Positions 51,897 to 64,000 of a stretch of 64,000 nt of DNA are shown piece by piece. Where the stretch lies: the NCBI GenBank assembly GCA_030141605.1, contig JAQGDQ010000253.1:261132-325131 (forward strand). Direction: 5' to 3'. The position numbers and the translations under genes are program-made. The notes under the pieces were generated by a model. That model ran no database searches, was not told the origin of the DNA, and saw only the letters and a list, made by a program, of their open reading frames with translations. Origin of the DNA: Tubiluchus corallicola. Lineage: Eukaryota > Animalia > Priapulida. Each line of letters starts with the position of its first letter. Within the stretch, counting starts at the first letter, position 1.

Positions 51897-54800
51897 TCAA
51901 AAAGTGCCTTTGAGTTTAACAGTGCCATACTTACTGGAATTCTCCTGATCGCCAGATGGTCCTTCCGCTCCATGAAAATAAGGAAAGAATCGAAATCCTG
52001 GATGAGAACCAGCAGTTGATCCTGAATTCCTTTCTTCCTCGTTGTAATGAGATGCATCACTTGCGTTTAGAAATCCCAGAATGCCACGGCTTTCATTCTG
52101 ATTTAGAAACTCTTCATTTTTAATCGTGTAGTATGGATGTGCGTTTGTGGCAGTGGTTTTGCTTTTGGCTTTTTTAACTCCTTGCTGTTTCTTTTGTCTC
52201 TCTCCGCTGTGCTTAATATCCAACGGGAAGAAATCCTCTTCATCTTTTTTGGTGATTGCATAACCACGAATTCGACGCGGTAAGTGAGAAGCATAACTTG
52301 CACCTAGAAATGTAAAGAAATTAATTTAATGAAGGGAAATCTGGTTTTAATCATGAAAATCTAAAATACGCCACAAGTGAATAAACTTTGCAACATAACA
52401 GTAGTTATTAGACACGAAGTTTTGAATCGGTGTCTTCATATTTCAGTGTCAGACACTGGTTGGTTGGTTGGCATCCTTCTGTCTCGGAAGACAATGGAGT
52501 GTGCGCCAAGAGAGTCAGTTATTGATCACATTGATGGAGCTGCAGCGTCGACTGTGGCTGAGCAGTGCGATCCTTGAACGTCTCCAGGGCGCACGGCTGG
52601 GCAAGGTGTATGGAGATCCTGAGTTGCCCAGACAACAGGAACCCCTTCTCTTCCTCCCTGGTGTAGTCCAAAGGAAAGCGGAGCGATACGTTTGGCAACA
52701 GGTTGGCTACAAGAGCTGCTGGAGTCAGTGAGCGTGCTGCACTGGTCCGCCTCTCTACACATGGCCGTTGGGTCACTTGACCTCCCGCTCTCTAGCCGTT
52801 GGCTGCTTGAGCAGCTCCTCCGCCTAGTGTCGAGATACAGTGTGGGCATCCCGCAAGCCTTTGTACCTGGTATTCCTAAGCGGTCACCCATCCAGTTACT
52901 AACCAGTACTAACTACGTTGCTTAACTTCGGTGATCAGACGAGAACCTTTGTTTTCAACGTGATTTTGCCGTAGTCTAACACTAAATATCTAATAAATGC
53001 TGTTATGTTGCAAACTTTATTCACGTGGTGCAAATGTTTATGATTTTCGCACAACGAACTTATTATATTAATTTTTGTTAACTGTATTGAATCGCTTCAT
53101 GTCCTATTCGTGCGAATGGATGAATACTGTAAAAACATATACATTGGGAGCCGTTTACATGACTTGACAAAAACAAAAGTTACCTTCATTTTCTGTCAGC
53201 ATATGCAAATAAAATTTTAAAATTGTAAAGGAAATAACTTCCAGGATTAAATTAGCTTCCCTTCTGCTCATCTTTCAGGAGGAACCTCGTTTGTTTTCTA
53301 CTTCACAATTAATTTGAAAACGTTGGTCCAGATGTGCTTAATATCCAAGTGGAGTGTAATTCTTTAGCACATCCATTACTATGAAAATGAAACTGTCTAT
53401 AAAGCATAAAGTTCATTTATACTACAGCTGAATTTTTGTCTTAAAACTTGCCTAGTTTTAGTACAACACACCGAATCTCTTACAGTAGCACTGTACTTCA
53501 ATTTTTGCTTTCGCAAAAACGTGCAACACGCTCGTGAAATATTTTTGCTGTTGAAAATTATGTTAGTTTGTGATGTCATCAATAATTGGGCTCACCTGCC
53601 GTTAATTAAGTTTTTAATCTGTTATTTAATTATCAGAAACACTTTTGCGGTATTAATTGTGTTAAAATGTACTATTCACTTGAAATTTACGACGTAACAG
53701 GTGGACTTCGTCACTATTCATAAGCACATCGTGGCTTGCCGTAAGCGTGTGCTGCTAAACTTTTGCAGCTCACTTAATGTTTATGCAAAAATGTCACAAA
53801 ATGAGCTATCTAATTTTTTCTAAAATTTATTATACCTTTGATGGAAACTAAATAGTACGCTGCTTTTCTTTAGTCAGTGAACGACGTCATTGGTGGAATA
53901 TTAAGCATTCAAAATGGGAGGGCCTAAATCGTAACATTGTTCCCGAACATTAAAATAAGCTTAACTTCCCAGTAGGCTTAGCCTTTCCTATGACTACGTT
54001 CAAAATACAAAAGGCCCTAAATGCATGAATTTCCTGGAAGCGATTTTTTATCTAATTTGATAGGCCGTTCTCAGACGAGAGAGATTATTATTAGACAAAT
54101 TATTAGAGAAATTATTAGACATTTAAATCTAATAATTTAAATGTGTTGTGTTTCAATTTATTAGAAAAATGTATGTTAGACCGGTTGTGAGGTGGGTTTA
54201 CGTATTACCTCTAGAGTCTAGGCGCTGCCTCAAAGGACCATGTGCACTTTATATTTTTTGTTCTTCAAAGCAAACAAATCAAAATTTCCGAAAATAAGCA
54301 CAGATGAATTAAAAAAGTCTGAGAATTTTTTTAGTCGATTTAGATGAAAATTTTGAAACTTTGCTTCATTGGCAGACTTCTGCAGATGTTTCAGATGACT
54401 AAAACACGTATTTCCAACATCAGAATTTCTGAGCAACTTTGACTATTCACAATTCAAAACTCACTTTTCTGTGCCTTTCTATTTTTCCACTTTTTGCATT
54501 CTTTCTAAGTGCTCTAAACATATACATTCAGCCTCCGTTTTTTATTAGAGCACTCCACTGTTTTCTGTCTGCACATAGTCTTCAACTCTCATGTGCTGTC
54601 ATCCCTCCCTACTCTGAAAATATAACTTTCATACCAAGAAAAACACAGGCTCACCTCTGCGATGTTTCAGATGACTAAAACACGTATTTCGAACATCAGT
54701 ATTTCAAGATAAATGTTCGCAAAACAATCAGTAATTATTATATAAAGTCCAGAAGGGGGCTTAGCTTTTAAGCCTCTTCCTTGACATGGCCTCATAAAAA

Positions 54801-57800
54801 AAATCCGCGAGCCAAATCTGTCAAATCGCAATGTTCTATTTTAGAAGACCCCAGTGACCAATTCACTAGACGAGGAAATTTTGCTTTGAGAAAATCTCTA
54901 ATAGCTCGCCATTATGATGGTGATCCCGTTTAAGTTCAAATACCAAAACAGTTCTGGAGCTTGTCGAGATTTAAGGAAATTTGAAATGAAGAACTGAATT
55001 TCCATGTACAGAGACATAGTGAATTTTGAGACGCCCTATATTATATGAAGATCACATTTTTACATTGCTGATTTGCTAATCACTGATCTAACTGAAGAAA
55101 AATTACCTTGATGTCTGAAAGCTCCTTTTGTACCTGGTAATCGCGGAGTACCCTGTGCTCCTACGTTTCCAGGCGGCCCTGGAACTCCTTGCAAGCCTGG
55201 ATAACCATCTTTTCCAGGAACGCCAGGTGGACCAGGATGACCTTTGTCACCTTTGGGGCCCTTTTCGCCTTGCGGACCTGGTTGTCCGGGTGCACCGTGA
55301 GCACCATCTTTTCCAGGAATGCCATCTTCTCCAGCTGCACCTTCTGCTCCTGGGATGCCATCAGCTCCAGCTGGACCAGGGGGTCCTGGAGACCCAGGAA
55401 CACCATCATGCCCAGGATGTCCAGGTTCGCCAGATTTTCCTTTTTCCCCAGGCACACCAGGACTTCCTGGAGCACCATGTGGGCCTGGTAGGCCAGAACT
55501 GCCAGGATGGCCTTTTTCTCCTTTGTTACCTGGTGGCCCAGGATCTCCTGGATGACCCTTTTCACCCAGTGGACCTAGTCTTCCAGGTTCGCCTGGGTAG
55601 CCTCTTGGCCCAGGGTCTCCAGGTGGGCCGTGAAGTCCTGGTGCACCGTCTTGTCCTGGGTCACCATTACTCCCAGGATGTCCCGCTACACCATGCAAAC
55701 CTTGAGGTCCACGCAAGCCATGTAGACCACGTTGACCAGGAGAGCCTGGATCACCCTTATGTCCTTTTTCTCCACTAGGACCTACAGGTCCTAGTTCTCC
55801 AGGCTCGCCTCTTCTTCCTCTTCTCCCATATGGGCCAGGTGGACCAGGTCGACCTGGTCTACCAGGAGGACCCGGCCGGCATCTACAACCTGCAAATATT
55901 CTATCTAGTATATATTTAACTAATTTTGTTATTTGAATGTCACTCAGAAAAGTCTTAAAACAGGACACGAACATTAAAAATGAACAGTTTTAAAAATTGT
56001 ATTTTACCACCATTCTGTGAGTGATGAAAGTGATCAACACTAGTGTTCAAAGCAATTCTAAAACCGCCATCAAGCCCCAAACAAGCCGTCTGTCGTGAAA
56101 GATAATTGCGAAAAAACTTTACGTTTGGGAGTGGGAGACAGTAAAATTTTCACTTACCATAATATCGACGTCTGCGTGCTCCAAGTGCAGCTCCAAGATC
56201 CTCTTGATCAAATTCACCAAAACCGTCTTCTGAAAAGATTTGTTCGTCTACAAAATCTTCCACGTCGGAAAAACTTTCTCCAAAATCTTGTGCATCGGGA
56301 AGATCTTCTCCAAAGAATTCTATCTCAGGGACCGGTTGTTCTTCTCCGTCTCCATATCGGTTTCGGTATCGGTTTCTGTATCTCCTGTGACCTAGAATGT
56401 CAGTTTCATTCAGTTTCTACCGCAGTGTGCAATTATAAGCAAATGCTGTTATTAGGATGATGAAGTTGTTTCCGTCTTCCACCTTAAGTACCCCGAAGAA
56501 CTAAATGCCCTCTATCATCTACAGTCCCCACCCACATGACCCTGACCATCCATCTACGACCATTTTCCAGAGAACTCGAAACCCTCGTCCATCGGAAATT
56601 TTAGACACGGCAATGCTGCCTAAGAATGTTCTACGAGTTCACGGCCCGAACATGTTATTTTCTTGCCAAGTGTTTTTCTAACTATCATAAAAATTTTCAA
56701 TTTTCAAAACCGAAAGAAAAATTATGCGTGAGTCCTGCTAGATATCCAGGTTTGAATTCCCACGTGCTACTATGATCTTTAATAATATTGGACTGAATTA
56801 TACCTGTTACAGCATGTCATCTAACTCTCATAAAACAAAAAAAAACCACAAAAACTACACTGTACGGAGGTTATTGTCAGCACTAAAAAAATAAGGAACC
56901 AAAATACACGTGCACAAAAAATAACTAACTAACTCAGTAACAGCACTACACCCGAGGAGCACCTGTGACAGAAATCAAGGCTGTAGTGACCTCTACACGC
57001 TTTTATACTGGCATTCCAGGTCAGCTGGCTTCTCACACCACGTGTAGGCCCAAACAAGACGTCTGGACCTTCAAGAAAGGGGTGAGTCGCTGCTGACGTG
57101 GAAGCAGGGCGTGTAGAGGACCCTACGCCTGACCCGACACAGGTGCCTCCGTAACAATATTATAAAAGACTTGTTAAAGGGGAAGAAAGGGAATTTTAAA
57201 GTATATCTCAAAAAAATTTCCATGCAAAGCTATACTATTTGGCATTAATTGAGCAGTAAACAGTAAATTTTTCACTTACCATAAAATCTACCTCTACCTC
57301 GTCCTTCAAGTGCAGCAATTTCAAAGTCCTCTGCATCAAGTTCACCAAGTCTGTGAAGAGTAATATCATCTGAAATGATTTGTTCATCTATAAAACCTTC
57401 GATATCGGGATAACTTTCTCCAAAATCTTCTGTATTGGAAAGATCTTCTCCAAAGTTTTCTGTCTCAGGAAAGTCGTCTTCTAAGTCTTCTGCATCAATC
57501 CCTGAATCTGCGTCTTCTCCAAAATCTTCTGGTAGAGTCAAGTCAATAGGCTGTCTCGGGTCTCCGTTTCTGTATCTTGTATAACCTAGAATGTCAGTTT
57601 CATTCAGTTTCTTTTGTATTGTACAATTATAAGCAAATACTGTTATGCGGATGATCAAACTGTTCTCATCTTTCACCTTAAGTACGTAAGAACTGAAAGC
57701 CCTCTACCATCCCACAGTTCTCTCGCCATGATCCTGGCCATCAATCTCCGAATATCTTCCGGAGAATTCGAAACCCGATCCATCGGAAATTCTAGTCATG

Positions 57801-60800
57801 GTGGCGCTGCTTAAGGATGCTTCACATCCTTCACATGTTTTGCACATTTTCTTTCCTGACGAGACTTTAATTTATCAACTCCTCCTTATAAGCTTCGACT
57901 TTCAAAAGCGAAAGGGCAATTATGCGCGACTCCTGTGGGTTGTTCAGGACGAATTCAGTAAAAGAGATTCTCATCTGCTCCCATACTGTGAGCACTATTG
58001 TGCCTTCCAGATAGAACTATTAATATTTCCTAGGAAATGGACAGGTCCTAATCAAGAGATAAAGTTGTGAGATTTAACGGTATTGTTGTGCATTGTCTAA
58101 ATCTAATTTCCTTCTTGTACATTTCTTCTCCCAACCAGTTGATGCAGACCTGACATCATTTTTACTAATATCATAAGAGAACTATTAAAGGACAATTTTA
58201 CAGTATGTTCCAAAAAACTTTCTTACAAAGTTATGTTACTTGGCATTTCGCTTACCTGTTTAAAAGATTTATGAGACTAGATAAGAAAATTCGGAATAAG
58301 TTAAATTGTTCATTCCAACTGGTAAAATGTCACTGCTTCACTATCCCAGCGTGCACCACTGATTCACCAAGAGCACTGCATCACCATCCCAGCGTGCACC
58401 ACTGATTCACCAAGAGCACTGCATCACCATCGCAGCATGCACCAGTGATTCACCAATAGCACTGCATCACCATCCCAGTGTGCACCACTGATTCACCAAG
58501 AGCACTGCATCACCATCCCATCGTGCACCACTGATTCACCAAGAGCACTGCATCACCATCGCAGCGTGCACCACTGATTCACAAGAGCACAGCACTGCAT
58601 CACATTCCAGTGTGCACCACTGCCTCACCATCCCAGTGTGCACCACTGACTTACCAAAAACACGTTATTGATACTTTTTTTAAACTTTATTTATTTAAAC
58701 TAAATAAACGTTATTTGAACTTTTTTTAAACGACTTACCGTTAACCGCGCCTAACGCTCATCTCAGGAGTGTAAATTTTCAAGTTTTATACATGTTGCTG
58801 CTAATACCAACTTTGTGTGCAATAAGACAAATAAGAGAAAATTTCAAAATGAATATTCAAGTTTTATCTATGAAGAGTGTTCTCTTGTCTATAATACGAA
58901 ACTATAATTGGGAAACGGATAGAAATGTTCGAAATTCAAGCCTTACTCCTGTGTCATTCTGCTGATTGCATTAATCTGACATTCGCAATACCGTCAACTT
59001 CCTCTCAGTTAAATATCTTTAATAGATTAAGAGTTATAAAGATTAAGATTTAACATTATAATTATTATTAACAAATCTGGACTAGCACCGACAAAATTTT
59101 TTTATCATAAATATTCTTTTGCGTGGCACTGCATTTTTTATAACGCAGCGAATTATCTAAAATGTGATTACATTACTTTGTCCTGTATAATGTAGCACGA
59201 TCTGTGCTTGGCCGAACCCTCGGGTAAACTTTCACACTATTGCTGTAGGCTTGGCGCAAAAAAAGCCGGTTTTGGTCAAATTTAACCACTTTCAGATCTC
59301 GACTTCCAAGTTGTTATTTGACACTTGCAATACAGGCAGAGAGAAAACATTGACTTTTACGAATACCACCAAGATGACGTATAAAGCATTCACTACATGG
59401 AGCAAAACAATAAAGTATCCTTCAGTTTACATCATGATGTTTAGCATAGAAAAGCGCTAACAACGATTCGTTGACAAGAAAAAGGGACATCTGGCATCTG
59501 GAATTCAGTAGCGTACGAGAAAATGCACAACGTAGAGAAAGTGTACGACGTCAAGAAAGCGTAGGGAAAGTACACAACGTAGAGAAAACGTAGAGAAAGT
59601 ACACAACGTAGAGAAATTTTACTTTTATTATCTTAGGCTGTGTCAAATGTTTATGACTTCAACTTAATCAGCTTACGTGGTCCTCTTTGCGCTCTTTCAA
59701 TCTCATCTTGACTACTAGTAGATTCGCTGGAATTACTGTCCTCAGCTTCCTCTTCATCTGGAGGAGGTCTTCTGTTTGGGGGATCTGTAAAAAATGTTGC
59801 AAGCTATTAATTTTACGTCTGAAGGCTTTTCTGCTTAGTTATTGTCTAATTTATTTTTAAGTAATAAAAGTAATAAGTAAGTTACGTATTTATACGCACA
59901 ACTATTTTATTCAAGAGCAAGATGACGCAATAAATGTGCCGAAGTTTTGATCACGATATTACAAGGCGGAAATAGTGCGATCACTTGGAAAATACTACAC
60001 TGATCTTGCACACGAGTAAAATTAATTTCGTTGTATTGTGGATAGTGCGTTGTATTGGTTGTGTGTAGCTGCTTATTGCTGCTTGAGGAATGGCAAAGCT
60101 ATGAAGATTCTGATTATAAAATGACACGTTTATTAAACATCGAACACAATAAATATAATAGATAGCAATGCCAAAGGCCCCTGATCTAACGGTCAGTACG
60201 CTCCGGCTCCCAGTCTTAATCTGAGACTAATTTTTTGAGCTTAATATAAGGCCCCGCACACCTTATATATCGTGCGCGGTGCCCGATGCCTCAATTCTTG
60301 GATCACGCAATCACGTGACACCACTCCTTAACTGGCTTCATCATACCAGCATCTATCGACAAAATTTTTTATCACAATCTACTGCTCTTAGCATAATTTA
60401 ACAGGTTCTGTTTACTAGACGTTTACGTACAAACACCCAAAATTCTAGGACATTCCAGAAAGTCCTTCCAGACGTTTCAGATCAACGAGTTTAAAAAAGA
60501 AAAGCTGGAAAACATTTTACGATACTGTTGCAGCAGGTGCTCTATGTGTTCACCATTTTCACTGCAAACTGGACGAAGGCGTTACTTTCAACAGCTGATG
60601 TTGTATCTCACTTCTTAAGATGTGTTTGTTCCCGGCACTCAACAATTATTGTGCTATGCATCAAACGGCTCCGTGTGGCCATTGTGCACTTCCTCTTGTA
60701 GGGATTTCCGATACGTTAATCCAGAAGATTAAATCCCATTTTTCTTGGCGAAAAGTAAATGCTGGAAAATTTTTGTTACCAATGTGGTCTACGTGTCCAC

Positions 60801-63800
60801 CATTTCCATTGCAAACTAAATGAATGCATTTCTACCAACAACTGGCACAGTTTCTTACTGCTTTAAGGAGTATTTAGCCTTAGCGTTAAACAATTTTTGC
60901 CTTCATTTCCTCCTCTGGATGAAGCGGCTCTGTGCAGCCATTTTACACTTCCTCTTGGAATTCCACGTACCGTAATTCATAGAACTAACCTCCATTTTTT
61001 TCTTGACAACAAATCTTTATCAGTGCTTTATTTTTTATGGGGAAGACCATGATGTGAACTATTTGATTTCTTTGTTGTTTTGCTGCCATGAATTGGGTGC
61101 TTTTTACACAACTAAAACTATAAACTTGTAACTTTCACAGCTAGACATTAACTCTTTCATACCCGTTGTATCCCATGGGATACGAAAATAGTCTCTGCCT
61201 TTAAAATTAATAAAATTTTAAAACTGAGAGTCATTTGATCTGTTAATAGTTATTTTGAGTTAAGCCAATAACAATAGACTAAAAATAGTGATAAAATGGC
61301 AAACTAAAAGCTCTACATAGCACAAAAAAACTGTGTAAGGACAGTACTTTAGAGACGACTTTGTACAGATCAGCATAGCGTGCATACTAAATGTCTTAAA
61401 TACTTTAAAAAATTATCAGCAGTTGCAAAATGAAGCACATTTTTTGCTTCCATTGAATCCCAATGTATCCCGTGGGATACAGGCTATATTTAGCACACGG
61501 GCACAGGTAGAAAAAAATAATTATTATGTGTAAACAAGATGGACATACTGAACAAGAGTGCCAAGCCAAAAAAATTTTTTTTATTAAAAAAATAATTTGG
61601 GACTGAAAGGGTTAACGTATAGCAATATCACGCTGTCTTGTTTTAACTTGGTAGTGCACTTAGTTGAATTAGTTCTGATATTATAGTACTATAAACTTCG
61701 CCACGTTTTTTCTGCGCCCCTCCCCCTTGACTGTTAATATATTATAATATTGTTGTGTTTTGTTTCTCTCTGAAGGCTCGAAGAGAAAACCAGAAAACAC
61801 GTCGTCAAATTAAACTAGTTTATTATGCGAGAATTCTACAACACAAAAGTATGAAGGAACTCGAAATGTTTACAGTAAATATGATCTGGAAACGTATACA
61901 GGATACGAGGATACGAGAGAATAAACTCCAGCGGCCAGCTCTGCCTTATATATCAGTGCCAAGGAATAATCTAGAATTAGAAAGTTCTCGAAACTTCTAC
62001 AAGGTAAGAAGATTGTTCTACTATACTATAGAACATTCTACAACATTCTATTTAATTCTAGTGGATGTCCACAACAGATATGTGTATGCATATATAGATG
62101 TATTGCGTCGAAATTTAGTCTACTACAATATTAAAAACAAGTATAATAAAGATAAAATTCAACAACGTTGTAAGCAGGTAGCGAAAATTACAAGTTTATA
62201 GCTTTAGTGGTTTCTAAATTAGTGGCTTTTTCATGTTAAAAATTTAATGTCGGAACAATGTGAGCTGATCATCAGCCACGTTTACGTATAAAGCATTCAG
62301 CACATGGAGCAAAACAATAAAGTATCCTTCAGCTTACATCATGATGTTTAGCATGAAAAGCGCTGACAACGATTCGTTGTCAAGAAAAAGGGACATCTGG
62401 CATCTGGAATTTCGTAGCGTACGAGAAAATGCACAACGTAGAAAAAGTGCACGACGTAGAGAAAGTGCGGAGCAAGTGTACGACGTAGAGAAAGCGTAGG
62501 GAAAGTACACAACGTAGAGAAAGCGTGGAGCAAGTGTACGACGTAGAGAAAGCGTAGGGAAAGCACACAACGTAGAGAAAACGTAGAGAACTTCTACGAC
62601 GTAGAGAAAGCGCGGAGCAAGTGTACGACGTAGAGAAAGCGTAGGGAAAGTACACAACGCTGAGAAAGCGTGGAGCAAGTGTACGACGTAGAGAAAGCGT
62701 AGGGAAAGTACACAACGTAGAGAAAACATAGAGAACTTCTACGACGTAGAGAAAGCGTAGAGAAAGTACATAACATAGAGAAAACGTAGAGAACTTCTAC
62801 GACGTAGAGAAAGTGTAGGGAAAGTACACAACGTAGAGAAAGCGTAGGGAGAGTACACAGCGTAGAGAAAGTGTGGAGCAAGTGAACGACGTAGAGAAAG
62901 CGCGGAGCAAGTGTACGATGTAGAGAAAGCGTAGAGAAAATGCACGACGTAGAGAAAGCGTAGACAAAGTGCACGACGTAGAGAAAGCGTAGAGAAAATG
63001 CACAACGTAGAGAAAGCGTAGAGAAAGTGTACGATGTAGAGAAAGCGTAGAGAAAATGCACGACGTAGAGAAAGCGTAGAGAAAATGCACGACGTAGAGA
63101 AAGCGTAGAGAAAATGCACGACGTAGAGAAAGCGTAGAGAAAATGCACGACGTAGAGAAAGCGTAGAGAAAATGCACGACGTAGAGAAAGCGTAGAGAAA
63201 ATGCACGACGTAGAGAAAGCGTAGAGAAAATGCACAACGTAGAGAAAGCGTAGAGAAAATGCACGACGTAGAGAAAGCGTAGAGAAAGTTCACGGCGTGG
63301 AGAAAGCGTAGAGAAAGTGTACGATGGCCGCAAAGCCATTCTGGATAGAGCTGTTTGCTAGAAGGGGAACTAAAAGCAAAAATTGTTGAGTAAGAGCGAG
63401 AAACTGTATCAGCTGTTGGAAGAAACGCCTTTGTCCAGTATGAAAATGGTGAACACATAGAGCACTTGCTGTAAATTTTAACAATAGTAACAATTTTTTC
63501 TGGCATTTATTTTTCGACTTGTTTTAAAACTTCTGTATCTTTGACAAAATCTAAGCGAATGACCTAAAATTTTTCGTGTTTGCACAAAAGCCTAAGTAAC
63601 ATAAGTGGTAATTTTCAAGCAATTTCGTTATATTCTTCTAGTAATATCGTAATCAAAACTTCGGCGCGTTTTTTCAGCCAATATAAATTTATACAGATAT
63701 ACATGTATGTTGAGTAATAACCGACTAAATATTATTAGGTGTACCTGAGTAATTAAATTTTTGACTGACGCTATACATTTGAAACCGAACATGCAGGTTG

Positions 63801-64000
63801 CAATTTGCAGTCCGTTCAGCATCGTTAGCTTCCCTGCTCCTCAGATTTAGCAGGCTCTGTCACTCTACAATTTTGCATCTACTTTTCTATACAATAAACC
63901 TACTCGTAAGTACAACATCTAAACTTACTGTTGTTCGTTAAAAAAACTCCGCCCTGTTGCTGCATAAACTCGCTCACAATACTTAAAACGAGATCCTTCA
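51897..64000 (-). CDS. Short collagen gene B (5' part outside window), paralog of gene A, ~81 uninterrupted Gly-X-Y triplets, duplicated acidic exon
   Basis: Phase-1 exons 63929-64000 (KDLVLSIVSEFMQQQGGVFLTNN, homologous to gene A exon), 59677-59784 (PPNRRPPPDEEEAEDSNSSEST...), 57280-57585 and 56158-56391 (acidic FGED repeats ending RGRGRFYG / RRRRYYG), 55107-55889 (GCRCRPGPPG...), last exon 51897-52303 (GASYASHLPRRIRG...KLKGTF*). Confidence 0.85.
52457..52976 (-). mobile_element. 5S rRNA-derived SINE (SINE3-type) with GC-rich body and (AACC)n tail
   Basis: Minus-strand 52976-52855 reads GACTACGGCAAAATCACGTTGAAAAC..GGTTCTCGTCTGATCACCGAAGTTAAGCAACG..GGATGGGTGACCGCTTAGGAATACCAGG..AGGCTT (diverged 5S). 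It has no oligo-T terminator and continues ~390 bp to AACCAACCAACC. Confidence 0.85.
56861..57156 (-). mobile_element. Solo-LTR-like element
   Basis: TGT(-)ACGGAGG...CCTCCGTAACA inverted termini, TATAAAA on the minus strand; TSD not evident. Confidence 0.5.
58337..58652. repeat. 43-bp minisatellite, ~7 copies
   Basis: CACTGATTCACCAAGAGCACTGCATCACCATCCCAGCGTGCAC units. Confidence 0.9.
60525..60960 (-). pseudogene. Degenerate Tc1/mariner transposase C-terminal remnants (another copy on + at ~63330-63475)
   Basis: Stop-riddled frames give RLRPVCSENGEHIEHLL and VCNGNGGHVDHI; the + strand near 63440 gives ENGEHIEHLL*, resembling the C..NGGHFEHL transposase end. Confidence 0.55.
61152..61611. mobile_element. 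piggyBac-like MITE (copy 2, ~100 bp longer)
   Basis: TTAA flanks at both ends; reverse complement of 37134-37493. Confidence 0.8.
61751..62127 (-). mobile_element. Solo LTR (Gypsy-like)
   Basis: TG...CA termini, 4-bp TSD ATAT, TATATAAG and AATAAA on the minus strand. Confidence 0.7.
62420..63325. repeat. 29-bp minisatellite (~30 copies) inside a dispersed element (short copy at ~59370-59615)
   Basis: GTAGAGAAAGCGTAGAGAAAATGCACGAC units; the left flank 62285-62430 matches 59378-59530. Confidence 0.92.

Noticed and set aside
52855-52976. Functional 5S rRNA gene
   Set aside because: Several substitutions and an insertion, no oligo-T terminator, fused to a long body and repeat tail; better explained as a SINE head.
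62334-63506. Long ORFs of up to 255 aa
   Set aside because: Translations of the 29-bp minisatellite in several frames.

Overview
AT-rich, intron-rich animal (invertebrate-like) genomic DNA, not prokaryotic. The left half (2823-29550, minus strand) holds one apparently complete 33-exon Roco kinase gene (ANK-LRR-ROC-COR-kinase-WD40; LRRK1/LRK-1-like, about 1,940 aa). I reconstructed it by hand with consistent splice phases, and two introns need GC donors. The right half holds two tandem paralogous short collagen genes on the minus strand. Each has a shared helical N-terminal exon, an acidic propeptide, a polybasic (furin-like) site, a CRC-x-P-G-P motif, and a His-rich triple helix encoded in a single exon. 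The second gene has a tandemly duplicated acidic/basic exon, and both genes have two candidate terminal exons. Introns are full of MITEs, SINEs, LINE tails, solo-LTR-like elements and micro/minisatellites. The most notable non-coding finds are: a ~500-bp RTE-derived retroposon family whose 5' end starts exactly at a twister ribozyme cleavage site; a Penelope-type minimal hammerhead motif; and a 5S rRNA-derived SINE inserted at the centre of a palindrome. All calls come from manual reading; no database searches were run.
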